A stretch of DNA of 49,171 nucleotides from an uncultured Bdellovibrionales bacterium. Its GTDB lineage: Bacteria; Patescibacteriota; Minisyncoccia; Moranbacterales; UBA2206. Of the stretch, positions 8,764 through 18,980 are shown one piece after another (the stretch's first letter is position 1; each line of letters opens with the position of its first letter). The notes under the pieces were generated by a model. That model had not been told where the DNA came from. It saw only the letters and a program-made list of their open reading frames with translations, and ran no database searches. A program made the translations under genes and the position numbers. The stretch spans positions 1,277 to 50,447 of the forward strand of contig CAYLWX010000003.1 in the NCBI GenBank assembly GCA_964387895.1. The letters run 5' to 3'.

Positions 8764-9999
8764 ATGAATACTTCTCAAAAAACTCGTCCGTTGGCGGACA
8801 GGATGCGGCCGAGAAATCTGGATGAATTTGTCGGACAGGAACATCTAATGGGTCAGGGGAAAATATTGCGTCGTGTTGTTGAACATGGAAAATTGCCTTC
8901 CATGATCTTTTGGGGACCTCCCGGATCAGGGAAAACGACGCTCGCGTATCTCATTGCCCAAAGCGTTCGGTGCGAATTTAAGCAACTTTCGGCGACATCC
9001 AGCGGCGTGAAAGATGTCCGAAAGATTATCAAAGAAGCGGTTGCCGCGAAAGAAAAGAACCGGGAAACGATTTTATTTATTGATGAAATCCACCGGTTTA
9101 GCAAATCACAGCAGGATATTTTTCTGCCTTACGTGGAAAACGGCGCTGTTATTCTTATCGGCGCGACGACCGAGAATCCCAGCTTTGAAGTAAATTCAGC
9201 CTTGCTTTCGCGATGTAAGGTGTTCGTGTTAAATTTATTCGAAGCGGGCGAAATTGAGATTATATTAAAAAGAGCTTTGGTGGAGAGGGAAAGAGGTTTA
9301 GGGGAGAGTCGCGTGGAGATAAAAGAGCCGCTTATCCAATTTTTAGCGCAGTCATCCAACGGAGACGCGCGGGTGGCGTTGAACGCGCTGGAAATTTCTG
9401 TTTCTTTGGCAAAATCAGACAAGAGCGGAGCGATTGTGATTGACGAAGAGGCGATAAAAGAAGCCCTGCAAAAAACGCATCTTCTCTATGATAAAGCCGG
9501 GGAAGAGCATTACAATATTATTTCCGCCCTGCATAAAAGTATGCGGGGAGGAGATGCCGGTGCCGCGCTTTATTGGCTGGGGAGAATGCTGGAAGCCGGC
9601 GAAGATCCGTTGTTTGTGGCGCGGCGGTTGATCCGTTTTGCTTCGGAAGATATCGGCATGGCCAATTCTTTCGCGCTTGCCCAGGCGGTGGCGGCCTATC
9701 AAGCCTGCCATTTTATCGGTATGCCGGAATGCAATGTCAACCTGGCGCAGGCGGTGGTGTATATGGCAAAGTCAAAAAAGAGCAATGCGCTTTACAAAGC
9801 GTACCTGAAAGTGCAAAATGATATAAGAAACTTCCCTAACGAGCCGGTGCCTCTTCATTTGCGCAACGCGCCGACAAAGTTAATGAAGCAAACAGGATAT
9901 GGAAAGGATTATAAATATACGCCGGATTATGAAAACTCCGAAGAAGCCAGACAGGAATATCTGCCGGAAAAGTTGAATGGGAGGAAATATATTGAATAA
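8764..9999 (+). CDS. rarA: replication-associated recombination protein A (RarA/MgsA AAA+ ATPase)
   Basis: PLADRMRP, GPPGSGKTT, FIDEIHRF, GATTENPSF, SALHKSMRG, ASEDIG. Confidence 0.95.
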   Translation: MNTSQKTRPLADRMRPRNLDEFVGQEHLMGQGKILRRVVEHGKLPSMIFWGPPGSGKTTLAYLIAQSVRCEFKQLSATSSGVKDVRKIIKEAVAAKEKNRETILFIDEIHRFSKSQQDIFLPYVENGAVILIGATTENPSFEVNSALLSRCKVFVLNLFEAGEIEIILKRALVERERGLGESRVEIKEPLIQFLAQSSNGDARVALNALEISVSLAKSDKSGAIVIDEEAIKEALQKTHLLYDKAGEEHYNIISALHKSMRGGDAGAALYWLGRMLEAGEDPLFVARRLIRFASEDIGMANSFALAQAVAAYQACHFIGMPECNVNLAQAVVYMAKSKKSNALYKAYLKVQNDIRNFPNEPVPLHLRNAPTKLMKQTGYGKDYKYTPDYENSEEARQEYLPEKLNGRKYIE

Positions 10000-10000
10000 T

Positions 10001-10196
10001 TTTAGGACTTACGCATTTGTCATCCCCGCGTAGGCGGGGATCCAGAATTCAGTGTGGAAAACGATATATACAATGACAGCTAATTTAGTTTATTTTTGCT
10101 TTATAGACGGATTATTATAGGAGAGATACGTGGTATACTCCTGGATTCCCGCCTACGCGGGAATGACAATGGAAAGTCAAATGCGTAAGTCCTAAA
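10001..10196. mobile_element. MITE/REPIN-like element, copy 1
   Basis: Perfect 19-bp TIR TTTAGGACTTACGCATTTG around inverted hairpins GTCATCCCCGCGTAGGCGGGGATCCAG / CTGGATTCCCGCCTACGCGGGAATGAC. Confidence 0.85.
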
Positions 10197-10253
10197 TTTT
10201 TTAGTCTGCAAGTTTAATGCTGGCGGTGTAATATTAAGTGTTGGGGTACTCTT

Positions 10254-11096
10254 ATGAGTGAGAAAATCCACTTTTTAAATGGAAAATTCGTATCGGAGGA
10301 ACAGCTTGTTATTTCTCCGCGCGATATTGGTTTTTCACGCGGATACGCCGTGTTTGATTTTTTAAAAACGTATCCGCATCATCGTCCTTTTAAATTACGA
10401 GAGCACGTACAACGACTTTTTAATTCAGCCAGCTTAATTGGTTTGCATATGCCATGGAGCAAAGAGCAGGTACAGAAATGGGTTTTGGAAACGCTTGAAG
10501 CAAATGAAACCAATGAAGAAAAGTTTATTAAAATAATCGTTTCAGGAGGGATTTCAAACACAATGCTCCCGTCGGAAAATCCGACTATTATTATTTTGGT
10601 AGATTCCGAAATTCGATATCCGAAGGAGTGGTATGAAAAGGGAATCGGTGTAATTACAGTAAAACACGATCGTTATAATCCAAAGGCAAAATCGAATAAC
10701 TATATTGAAGGAATAAAACAAACACAACGAGCGCAGAAGGAAGGTGCGGTTGAACCAGTATATTATTCCGACAAACAAGTGTTTGAAGGGTCAAACAGCA
10801 ACATCTTTGCCGTTATAAATAACGAACTCATTACACCTTCGAATAATATACTCGCCGGTGTTACCCGAGACGTGCTATTGGAAATACTTGATTTAGAAAT
10901 GCCCGTCAGGATAAAAGATTTTACTCTTGATGAATTATTGAATGCTGACGAGGCATTTTTGACTGGAAGCGGCAAAGAAATAGTACCGATTACGTCAATA
11001 GATGGAAGATTGTGCGGTAATGGCGAGATTGGCGCAATTACGAAGGAGGTTATGCGTCAATTTAAAGCGTATGCATTATCTGGATCGTGGAAATAA
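10254..11096 (+). CDS. PLP-dependent aminotransferase class IV (IlvE/D-amino-acid aminotransferase family)
   Basis: RGYAVFD, H..RL..SA, AKS, EGSNSNIF, ILAGVTR, ADEAFLTGS. Confidence 0.92.
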   Translation: MSEKIHFLNGKFVSEEQLVISPRDIGFSRGYAVFDFLKTYPHHRPFKLREHVQRLFNSASLIGLHMPWSKEQVQKWVLETLEANETNEEKFIKIIVSGGISNTMLPSENPTIIILVDSEIRYPKEWYEKGIGVITVKHDRYNPKAKSNNYIEGIKQTQRAQKEGAVEPVYYSDKQVFEGSNSNIFAVINNELITPSNNILAGVTRDVLLEILDLEMPVRIKDFTLDELLNADEAFLTGSGKEIVPITSIDGRLCGNGEIGAITKEVMRQFKAYALSGSWK

Positions 11097-11152
11097 CCTG
11101 TCTATGGACAAACTGGTGTGTATTTGGCAAGATAACAAAGTTAGTAAAAAAC

Positions 11153-11236
11153 GCCGGGGTGGTGGAATTGGTAGACACGCCAGCCTTAGGAGCTGGTAGG
11201 CGCAAGTCTGTGGAGGTTCGAGTCCTCTCCCCGGCA
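11153..11236 (+). tRNA. tRNA-Leu(TAG), CCA not encoded
   Basis: Acceptor GCCGGGG/CCCCGGC, anticodon arm CCAGC-CTTAGGA-GCTGG, long variable arm. Confidence 0.95.
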
Positions 11237-11238
11237 CT

Positions 11239-12171
11239 ATGAAAAAAATACTTATCTCTTCCGACAACTCCAATCAACGTCTCGACAAATTCCTTTTACG
11301 GGAATTTGTTTTGTATACCCGTGGGGAAATTATTCGAGCGGTGAAGGCGGGGAATGTTTTAGTAAATAATAAGATTGTAAAACCAAGTTATATTTTGAAA
11401 GTTGGTGATGAGGTGAAAATATCGAAAATAAAAGAAAGTGATGAGTTGGTACCGAATAAGGAAATCAAATTTGAAGTTGTGTATAAAGACAAAAATATTA
11501 TCGCTATAAACAAGCCGGCGGGGATTTCGGTGCATCCGACAAGCAAAGAGAAATATAATACACTAGTTAATGGACTAATTGCTAGTTTTCCGGAAATAAA
11601 AAATATAGGCGATGGTTCAAAAGAAGCGTGGGCGCGGCCGGGGATTGTGCATCGGCTGGATAAGGATACTTCGGGGATCATGGTAATAGCCAGGAATCAA
11701 AATGCTTTTGATGGATTGAAAAATTTATTTAAAATTCGAAAGATAAAAAAGAAATATATAGCAATTGTGCGGGGAAAGTTATCCCAGAAATCAGGCGTGA
11801 TTGAAAAACCGATTGCCCGCGCGGGGAATTACCGGAAGCAGGTGATCGCCGGAATAAAAACAAAAACCAAAATCCGCCCGGCCGTGACGGAGTATAAGGT
11901 TATAAAAGAAGGGAAAGACTATTCATTGCTTGAAGTAATGCCGCGCACGGGAAGAATGCACCAAATTCGCGTGCATTTAGCTTGTCTAGGTAATCCAGTA
12001 GTCGGAGACAAAGTATACGGAGTGAAAAATAAAGAGACCATGGAAAATATTAACAGACATTTGCTGCACGCGAAAAGTCTGGAGTTTGAATTGGGAGGGA
12101 AGAAATATTTTTTAGAAGCGAAAGCGCCGGATGATTTCGATGAGTTTATTGCAACACGTTTGTATAATTGA
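11239..12171 (+). CDS. rluD: RluA/RluD-family pseudouridine synthase with S4 domain
   Basis: RLDKFL S4 start, NKPAG, HRLDKDTSG, TGRMHQIRVH, GDKVYG, LHA. Confidence 0.9.
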   Translation: MKKILISSDNSNQRLDKFLLREFVLYTRGEIIRAVKAGNVLVNNKIVKPSYILKVGDEVKISKIKESDELVPNKEIKFEVVYKDKNIIAINKPAGISVHPTSKEKYNTLVNGLIASFPEIKNIGDGSKEAWARPGIVHRLDKDTSGIMVIARNQNAFDGLKNLFKIRKIKKKYIAIVRGKLSQKSGVIEKPIARAGNYRKQVIAGIKTKTKIRPAVTEYKVIKEGKDYSLLEVMPRTGRMHQIRVHLACLGNPVVGDKVYGVKNKETMENINRHLLHAKSLEFELGGKKYFLEAKAPDDFDEFIATRLYN

Positions 12172-12220
12172 TATTCTAAAGAATAAGAGCATTCATTTTA
12201 AATAAAACAAAAAATATTTT

Positions 12221-13999
12221 ATGGCGAGTCCTTTGGTATATTTACCAAAATACATGTGGAAATACGCGGGAGAATTCAGAAAATACGTCGTGCTGGCGGT
12301 GGTGTTGAAAGTGATCGCGGAGCTTATCGCGTTGACGGAACCTTTAATAATCGGGAAAATATTTAATTCTATCCAGCTTTCCGCCTCTAATTCTTCTTTT
12401 CTTCCTTCTGCAATAAAAAGCTTCAGTCTTCTTTTGGTAATTATGCTGGCCAATTGGATGTTTCACGGTCCTTCCCGGGTGTTGGAAAAGCGAAACGCGT
12501 TTTTCATTCGCAAAAATTACAAAAAAGAAATGTTCGAGCGGGTGCTCCATTTACCGGCCGGATGGCACCGCGACCATCATTCGGGAGATACGATTGACAA
12601 GATTAACAAAGCCAGTGACGCCCTGTTTGACTTTTCCGGCAGTACCTTCACTATTTTGGAGAGTGCAACAAAACTTGCGGGCTCGATTATTATTCTTACC
12701 TTTTTTGATTGGCGGGTGAGTCTTGTTTCTATCGGGATTAGTGCTCTTGCTATTCTTACTCTCGCAGGATTTGACCGCAAGATTGTGAAAGCATACAAAG
12801 CTGTGTTCAAAGCGGAAAATCGTATGGCTTCAGGGATCCATGATTACATCAGCAATGTGATGACGGTGATCACCCTGCGTCTTCGTCCTCGAGTTTCCAG
12901 GGAAATAGAGGCGCGCTCGATGGCGGGCTACCTTGCATACCAGAGGGGCAATGTGCTGGTGGAGATAAAATGGTTTTGGGCCAGTTTTTTGATTTCGCTT
13001 ATGGTAGTCTCTACTCTTATCATGAGCGCGTATACTTCTTACACCACAACAGGCGTAATCTTAATCGGCACTCTTTTTACTCTTTACAGGTATTTGCAGG
13101 GCGTAGGAGAAACGTTTTATGTATTTGCATGGAGGTATGGAGAGATCATTCGGGAACACGCGGCGGTGCGGGCGGCGGAAGGAATAGAGAAAAGTTTTCT
13201 GGGACTTCCCAGCGCGAAAGAGCGTTTTTTGCCTGCCAATTGGAAAACCGTTCTAATAAAAAAGCTGAACTTTTCTTATCGCTCGGAAGACCGGTCCGGA
13301 TCAAAGGGCGGACAGCTTATTGGTATTTCTCTCTCAATTGAACGAGGAAAGAAAATCGCGCTGATCGGTGAATCCGGATCAGGAAAGAGTACCACGCTTT
13401 CGGTGTTGCGGGGTCTGTATACTCCTTACGGCGCGCAGGTGTTTTGTGACGGAAAGAAACTGCCGTATGGCGCGGCTCATCTTTATGAACATATCACACT
13501 GGTTCCGCAGGATCCGGAGATTTTTAATACTACTATTGAAGATAACATTACCATGGGACTGTCAGTGCCGAAAAAAGAACTGGAGCACGCGATTGAAATT
13601 ACCCGATTTCAAAGCGTGGTGACGCGGCTTCGCAAGGGGTTGAAAACCAATATTATGGAAAAAGGCGTCAACCTTTCCGGCGGAGAAAAACAGAGGCTGG
13701 CGCTGGCCAGAGGAATTCTGGCGGCTCGCGACAGTGATTTTCTCTTTTTAGACGAACCGACCAGCAGTGTGGATACTTCCAATGAACTCGCGATTTATGA
13801 AAATATATTCCGCGAACTAAAAGAAAAGACAATTATTTCTTCCATTCACCGGCTTCATCTTCTGCGGCATTTCGACTATATTTATTATTTTAAAGACGGT
13901 CGAATTCTGACGGAAGGGACCTTCCATTCTATGCTGGAAGACGGGCATTTTAAAGTGCTTTGGAAACAATACCATGCAGAGGCCGCTATAAAAGATTAA
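12221..13999 (+). CDS. ABC exporter (fused TMD-NBD)
   Basis: Multi-helix N half; GESGSGKS, LSGGEKQR, LDEPT, SIHR. Confidence 0.92.
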   Translation: MASPLVYLPKYMWKYAGEFRKYVVLAVVLKVIAELIALTEPLIIGKIFNSIQLSASNSSFLPSAIKSFSLLLVIMLANWMFHGPSRVLEKRNAFFIRKNYKKEMFERVLHLPAGWHRDHHSGDTIDKINKASDALFDFSGSTFTILESATKLAGSIIILTFFDWRVSLVSIGISALAILTLAGFDRKIVKAYKAVFKAENRMASGIHDYISNVMTVITLRLRPRVSREIEARSMAGYLAYQRGNVLVEIKWFWASFLISLMVVSTLIMSAYTSYTTTGVILIGTLFTLYRYLQGVGETFYVFAWRYGEIIREHAAVRAAEGIEKSFLGLPSAKERFLPANWKTVLIKKLNFSYRSEDRSGSKGGQLIGISLSIERGKKIALIGESGSGKSTTLSVLRGLYTPYGAQVFCDGKKLPYGAAHLYEHITLVPQDPEIFNTTIEDNITMGLSVPKKELEHAIEITRFQSVVTRLRKGLKTNIMEKGVNLSGGEKQRLALARGILAARDSDFLFLDEPTSSVDTSNELAIYENIFRELKEKTIISSIHRLHLLRHFDYIYYFKDGRILTEGTFHSMLEDGHFKVLWKQYHAEAAIKD

Positions 14000-14047
14000 C
14001 AAACAGAATGAAATAATATACAATAAAAACAAACATAAAGATATAAA

Positions 14048-14710
14048 ATGATTGAACTCAAAAATGTTACTAAAGTATATGAGCTGGGCGGGGAGAAAAT
14101 TTACGCGCTCCGGGGGGTTAGTTTGAAAATAGAACAGGGGGATTTTATTGCCATCATGGGTCCGTCCGGATCAGGTAAGTCTACGCTGGCCAATGTGATT
14201 GGCGGACTGGATGTGCCGGATCAGGGAGAGGTGCTGGTGGATGGCGCTAATATTAGTAATGTGAAGGACAAGGAACTTTCCGAGTTTAGAAACAAAAAGA
14301 TCGGTTTTATTTTCCAGTCGTTTAATCTCCAGCCTGCGTATACCGCGCTGGAAAACGTGATGATTCCCCTGATGTTTGCCCGAGTTTCTTTCAAAGAGCG
14401 CAAAAATCGGGCGGCGGAATGTTTAAAAGCGGTAGGATTGGGTGATCGCATGAATCACCAGCCCGCGCAACTTTCAGGAGGTCAGAGGCAAAGAGTGTGC
14501 ATCGCCCGGGCGTTGGCTAATGATCCAAAAGTGGTTATTGCCGACGAGCCGACAGGAAATCTGGATTCTAAAAAAGGAGAGGAGATCGTAGAGCTTTTGA
14601 AAGAATTAAATAAAAAAGGAGGCATTACATTAATTATGATCACGCATAATGCCTGGGTAGCCAAACAGGCAAAGAAAATTATTGTGATGAAGGATGGCGG
14701 CATCGAATAA
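14048..14710 (+). CDS. ABC ATP-binding protein (LolD/MacB-type)
   Basis: GPSGSGKS, FQSFNL, LSGGQRQR, ADEPTGNLD, ITH. Confidence 0.95.
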   Translation: MIELKNVTKVYELGGEKIYALRGVSLKIEQGDFIAIMGPSGSGKSTLANVIGGLDVPDQGEVLVDGANISNVKDKELSEFRNKKIGFIFQSFNLQPAYTALENVMIPLMFARVSFKERKNRAAECLKAVGLGDRMNHQPAQLSGGQRQRVCIARALANDPKVVIADEPTGNLDSKKGEEIVELLKELNKKGGITLIMITHNAWVAKQAKKIIVMKDGGIE

Positions 14711-14729
14711 GGACGGAACTAATATATCA

Positions 14730-16214
14730 ATGAAATTTTTTGACTATATCTTAACTTCTTATAAAAACCTCTCCCGTCAGAAAGTGCGGACGTTTTTGAC
14801 GGTGTCGGCGATTACAGTAGGATCGCTGTCTTTGATTCTTATGATTTCTCTTTTAATCGGCGTGCGTCGGGGAGCATTGGACGCGTTGAAAGAATTAGGC
14901 GCGTTTAATCTGATCACTGTTACTTCGGATCCCAATTCGATTGATGATAACCCGAACCTTATACGGGGAGATACCGGCGGATCAGATGACGAAGGGAAAA
15001 AAATAGACGAAGTTACGCTTGGTTCGGTCAAAAAACTTCCTTATGTAATAGATGCTACTATGGTGGCCTCTGTCTGGATGAAAACCGCCCGCCTTGAAGG
15101 TCAGGATAAAAAAACGTGGTCGAATATCATGGCGTATCAGCCGGAAGCAAGGGTCTTTGACATGCCTCTTTTGGCCGGACGAAATTTGAATAAAGAAGAC
15201 ATGGATAATATTGTGGTAGGATGGAAGTTTACCAATATGTACGGCTATGCGGATCACCCGGAGGAATTAATTGGAAAGAGAGTGATTCTTGCCTACGAAG
15301 CCGGCGGGAGTTCTCCAGATTGGGGGCCGCTTCCGGAGAAGCCTCCCGAGAACGCGGATAAGGAATGGTGGGAAGCCCAATCAAGGAAAAGCATTGATAT
15401 TCCGGCAACGATAGTAGGCGTCGCGGATAACAAGATGATGGATGACTCTCAGAATTTTATCAATCTTGCCTGGGCGAAACGTTTAATGACAAGAGTGCGC
15501 TGGGAATATGACGACTCAGTGAGAAAGGAATGCGAGGACAAGTTTCAAAGACAAAAAGACAATGATTTTCAAAATGGACAGAATTATAACGAAGGAAACT
15601 ATCCTTGTGACAATCTGGATGCCACGCGGATCTTCAAAGAGGATGAATTTTCCAAAAGAGGATATGGAGGTATTATCGCGAAAACGGAAGATATGGAGCA
15701 GGTGAAGCTGGTTGCTCCCATGATTGAAAATATGGGGTACGGCACGGTTACCGCGCAGAATATGATTGATGAGATTAATGAGATTTTTACCGCGCTTACA
15801 GTTATATTAGGCGCGATAGGGGGCATCTCGTTGTTTGTGGCTTCCATCGGAATTATCAATACTATGATTATGGCAACCTATGAAAGGACGAGGGAAATCG
15901 GTGTCATGAGAGCCTGCGGCGCGACACGCGCGACGATCCGGAAACTTTTTACTTTTGAAGCCGCGTTTCTTGGATTTTGCGGCGGAGCGCTGGGATTGGT
16001 AATTAGCATCATTCTTGGCCGGATCGCGAAACTTTTGGTAGAAAAATACGGAGCATCTATGGGAAGCATCCCCCTGGATCATATAGGAAGTTTTCCTTTA
16101 TGGCTCATCCTGGCAGTCCTTGGTTTTACTACTTTCATCGGGCTCGTGTCCGGTTTATATCCCGCGGTTAAAGCCTCAAGGTTAAATCCGGTGGAAGCGT
16201 TAAGGTATGAGTGA
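14730..16214 (+). CDS. ABC permease (MacB/FtsX-type)
   Basis: RTFLT.., IGIINTM..ERTREIGV.RACGA, GLYPA.KASRLNPVEALRYE. Confidence 0.92.
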   Translation: MKFFDYILTSYKNLSRQKVRTFLTVSAITVGSLSLILMISLLIGVRRGALDALKELGAFNLITVTSDPNSIDDNPNLIRGDTGGSDDEGKKIDEVTLGSVKKLPYVIDATMVASVWMKTARLEGQDKKTWSNIMAYQPEARVFDMPLLAGRNLNKEDMDNIVVGWKFTNMYGYADHPEELIGKRVILAYEAGGSSPDWGPLPEKPPENADKEWWEAQSRKSIDIPATIVGVADNKMMDDSQNFINLAWAKRLMTRVRWEYDDSVRKECEDKFQRQKDNDFQNGQNYNEGNYPCDNLDATRIFKEDEFSKRGYGGIIAKTEDMEQVKLVAPMIENMGYGTVTAQNMIDEINEIFTALTVILGAIGGISLFVASIGIINTMIMATYERTREIGVMRACGATRATIRKLFTFEAAFLGFCGGALGLVISIILGRIAKLLVEKYGASMGSIPLDHIGSFPLWLILAVLGFTTFIGLVSGLYPAVKASRLNPVEALRYE

Positions 16215-16223
16215 TTTCCAAAT

Positions 16224-16342
16224 CCTCCTCCCCCCCCTCACTGAGGGGAGGACTGAGGAGGGGTGCGGACTATGGGTGAGGCGGAGTGATACTACAAGGC
16301 TTTCATCACCACCCCCGACCCCTCCTCAGGGAGGAGGGGAGG
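16224..16342. repeat. paired C-rich/G-rich palindromes (REP-like, no ORF inside)
   Basis: CTCCTCCCC..GGGGAGG..GAGGAGGGGT ... ACCCC..CCCCTCCTC..GAGGAGGGG. Confidence 0.7.
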
Positions 16343-16354
16343 AACTGTAATTTT

Positions 16355-16552
16355 ATGGACTTAGAACTTCTTCAAAAGCTAGAAGCGCAGGATAAAAAGT
16401 TGCAGGAAATTTATGTCTCGGTCGAAAAAACGAGAAAATATTTCCTCTGGGCGCTTATTATCTCCGTGGCTACCGTAGTGCTTCCTCTGATGGGACTTAT
16501 CTTTCTTATTCCCTGGTTTTTGGGAATACTGTCTTCGGCGTATACTTTGTAA
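16355..16552 (+). CDS. small membrane protein (65 aa)
   Basis: MDLELLQKLEAQDKKL..SVEKTRKYFLW followed by a hydrophobic helix. Confidence 0.75.
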   Translation: MDLELLQKLEAQDKKLQEIYVSVEKTRKYFLWALIISVATVVLPLMGLIFLIPWFLGILSSAYTL

Positions 16553-16564
16553 TACAGATTACTC

Positions 16565-16757
16565 CATGACTTACGCGTTTGGTTTTCTTTTATGTCATTC
16601 CCGCGTAGACGGGAATCCAGGAGCATACCACACGAATATCTAATAATAACCCAGATATAGAGTAAAAAGAATCGAAATTAGTATATTTTTATATTTCACC
16701 TTGCCCATTGAATCCTGGGTCCCCGCCTTCGCGGGGATGACAAATGCGTAAGTCATG
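16565..16757. mobile_element. MITE/REPIN-like element, copy 2 (inverted relative to copy 1)
   Basis: 17-bp TIR CATGACTTACGC(G/A)TTTG with 1 mismatch, same inner hairpins and a homologous spacer. Confidence 0.85.
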
Positions 16758-16798
16758 TACTCTTTGAAAATTTTCACTTTTCTGATAGGATTTGAGCT

Positions 16799-17461
16799 AT
16801 GAACATGGAACACATCAAAGCAATACTTTTTGACATGGACGGAGTTATTGTAGATTCGGAACCGATCCATGACAAGGCAATGAAGCAGACATGTCTTGAT
16901 TTTGGCATTGAACTTCATTCGAAAGAAATGGATGGTTTTCGCGGCAGGAAACTGGAGGATATTATTTCCAGTATCATTCACGCGTATGGAAAGGATGAAA
17001 GACTTGCCGAAGCAATGACCGCGCGCAAGGTGGAACTTTATCTTCTTTACGCGTTAAAAGAAATGGAACTTACTACGGGTGTGTATGAATTTCTAATAAA
17101 TCTTCGAAAAAACCTTCGCTATCAGTGCGCGGTAGTTACTTCAGGAAGAAGAATTTCACAGGAAAAAATTCTTCGTAAATTTGATCTTCTGGATTTTTTT
17201 GAAATAATCGTAACTGCTGAAGACGTCCACTTTGGAAAACCGCATCCTGAACCATACATGATTACCGCTGACAAACTAAAAGAAAAACCGGAAAATTGTC
17301 TGGTAGTGGAAGATGCGGAAAATGGCATTCTTTCCGCTAAAGCCGCCGGATGTGTGGCATGTGGAATTACTACTACTTTTGATGCCGAGCGCCTCAAAAA
17401 AGCCGGAGCGGATGTGGTGGTAGGGAGTTTTGGAGAGTTAGGGAAAATTCTTAATATTTGA
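16799..17461 (+). CDS. HAD-family phosphatase (beta-PGM/YqaB-like)
   Basis: FDMDGVIVDSE, VTSG, GKPHPEPY, VEDAENG. Confidence 0.93.
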   Translation: MNMEHIKAILFDMDGVIVDSEPIHDKAMKQTCLDFGIELHSKEMDGFRGRKLEDIISSIIHAYGKDERLAEAMTARKVELYLLYALKEMELTTGVYEFLINLRKNLRYQCAVVTSGRRISQEKILRKFDLLDFFEIIVTAEDVHFGKPHPEPYMITADKLKEKPENCLVVEDAENGILSAKAAGCVACGITTTFDAERLKKAGADVVVGSFGELGKILNI

Positions 17462-17491
17462 AAAGTAAACAAACTTAACTATGCATGATAT

Positions 17492-18181
17492 ATGAAAATT
17501 ATATTTCTCAATGCTTGGAATGGAGAAGTTGAAAGTGAAATGATAAAATTTATTAAAGATCAGCGTAGAACTGCTGATGTTTTTTGTTTTCAGGAAGCAG
17601 GAGATAGGGTAAAATTTCTTTGCAAAGATATACTTCATGACTTCGAAGAAATTTCTGCGTATAAGTATGTAGATGCTGAAGAAGATTTTCCGCAAGCGAC
17701 ATACGCAAGTAGAAATGTGAGAGTACTTTCTTCGGAAATATTATTTGAAGGGCACATGGATTGCGGGATTGGAATATATACTAAAGTTGAGGTTGGAAAT
17801 ATTAGTATACATATTTGCAACTTTCATGGCATGTCAAAACCGGGTGATAAATTAGATAATCCCGGCAGATTGAAACAATCGCAGGGGCTAATTGAATTTT
17901 TTAAAGACAAGCAAGGTTTAAAAATCATCGGGGGAGATTTTAACTTGCTTCCAGAGACTAAAAGCGTACAAATGTTTGAAGAGAATGGGTACAGGAATTT
18001 GATTAAATATTTCAAAATTCCAACTACGCGCAATCGCTTGGTATGGGAAAGATATCTAAATAATAAACAATATCATTCTGATTATATCTTCGTAAGTTAG
18101 GATGTTAAAATTAAAAATTTTTCCGTCCCGAACATTGAAATTTCAGACCATCTGCCCTTAATTTTGGAGGTTGAATTATAA
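17492..18181 (+). pseudogene. endonuclease/exonuclease/phosphatase (EEP) interrupted by in-frame TAG at 18098-18100
   Basis: FLNAW, CFQE, GGDFN, DYIF; frame continues past TAG to DVKIKNFSVPNIEISDHLPLILEVEL-stop. Confidence 0.85.
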
Positions 18182-18449
18182 TGATGGCATAATTTTATTG
18201 TACTCTTTTATTTCCAGATAAAGTAATTTTGCTTTATATTACATCATTAAATATCAGAAAAAATATCACAAAACGGTCTGCCGCTTAGCTTTCAAAGCAG
18301 GTATATTGACAGAGTGATACTATGAAAGATGTTAAAAAAGAAGAACTTGCATGTATTGACTTTTTGCATATTAGCTGCTAAAAATATAGCAAACACTTTT
18401 GGAAAAAGGGAGTGTTATTAGTTCCATCACAATAAAGGGAGGAAGAAAG

Positions 18450-18980
18450 ATGAATTCTGAAAAAAGTGTAAGTGTAATTAGGAAGGGCTGGGATATGGCA
18501 TCGGGAATTTTGGGTGCTGGAGCTGTTGTGATTCTGGCCTTGCTTGTTATAAGCATTATTGGCCTTGCAACGTTTCGCTTAACAGCGGTTACTTCGGTGG
18601 AAAACTACGAGTATTCCTATAAGTTTGACCGCCTGGCTGGAAAAATCGAACGTCTCAATCAAATTGGCTATATTGTAGCCATACCTGTTTTGGAAAAAGT
18701 TCACAAGATAGACACTCGTCCGATGCAAGTTTGTATTAGCGCGATTCAGCGAGTGCTAAATTGTAAGCTCGTGCAATTTAATCCAGGCGGACTTGAATTA
18801 TTTCTGCAATGGCATGGACGGGGAGATTACAGTAATGAGGGTGGTACAAGGGAAGATCCTACAACTTTTAACGAGATTCTGATGGCATATGCGTATGAAG
18901 GAAGCGGAAAAAGTTATCCGTTTCTTACTATTATTCGAGAGCTGAAGTCAGAAGAAATTTCAGAAGGGAATAAACGATGA
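18450..18980 (+). CDS. membrane-anchored protein, paralog of the next gene
   Basis: GGAGG RBS; N-terminal TM; IDTRPMQVCIS..NCKLVQF..YPF. Confidence 0.75.
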   Translation: MNSEKSVSVIRKGWDMASGILGAGAVVILALLVISIIGLATFRLTAVTSVENYEYSYKFDRLAGKIERLNQIGYIVAIPVLEKVHKIDTRPMQVCISAIQRVLNCKLVQFNPGGLELFLQWHGRGDYSNEGGTREDPTTFNEILMAYAYEGSGKSYPFLTIIRELKSEEISEGNKR

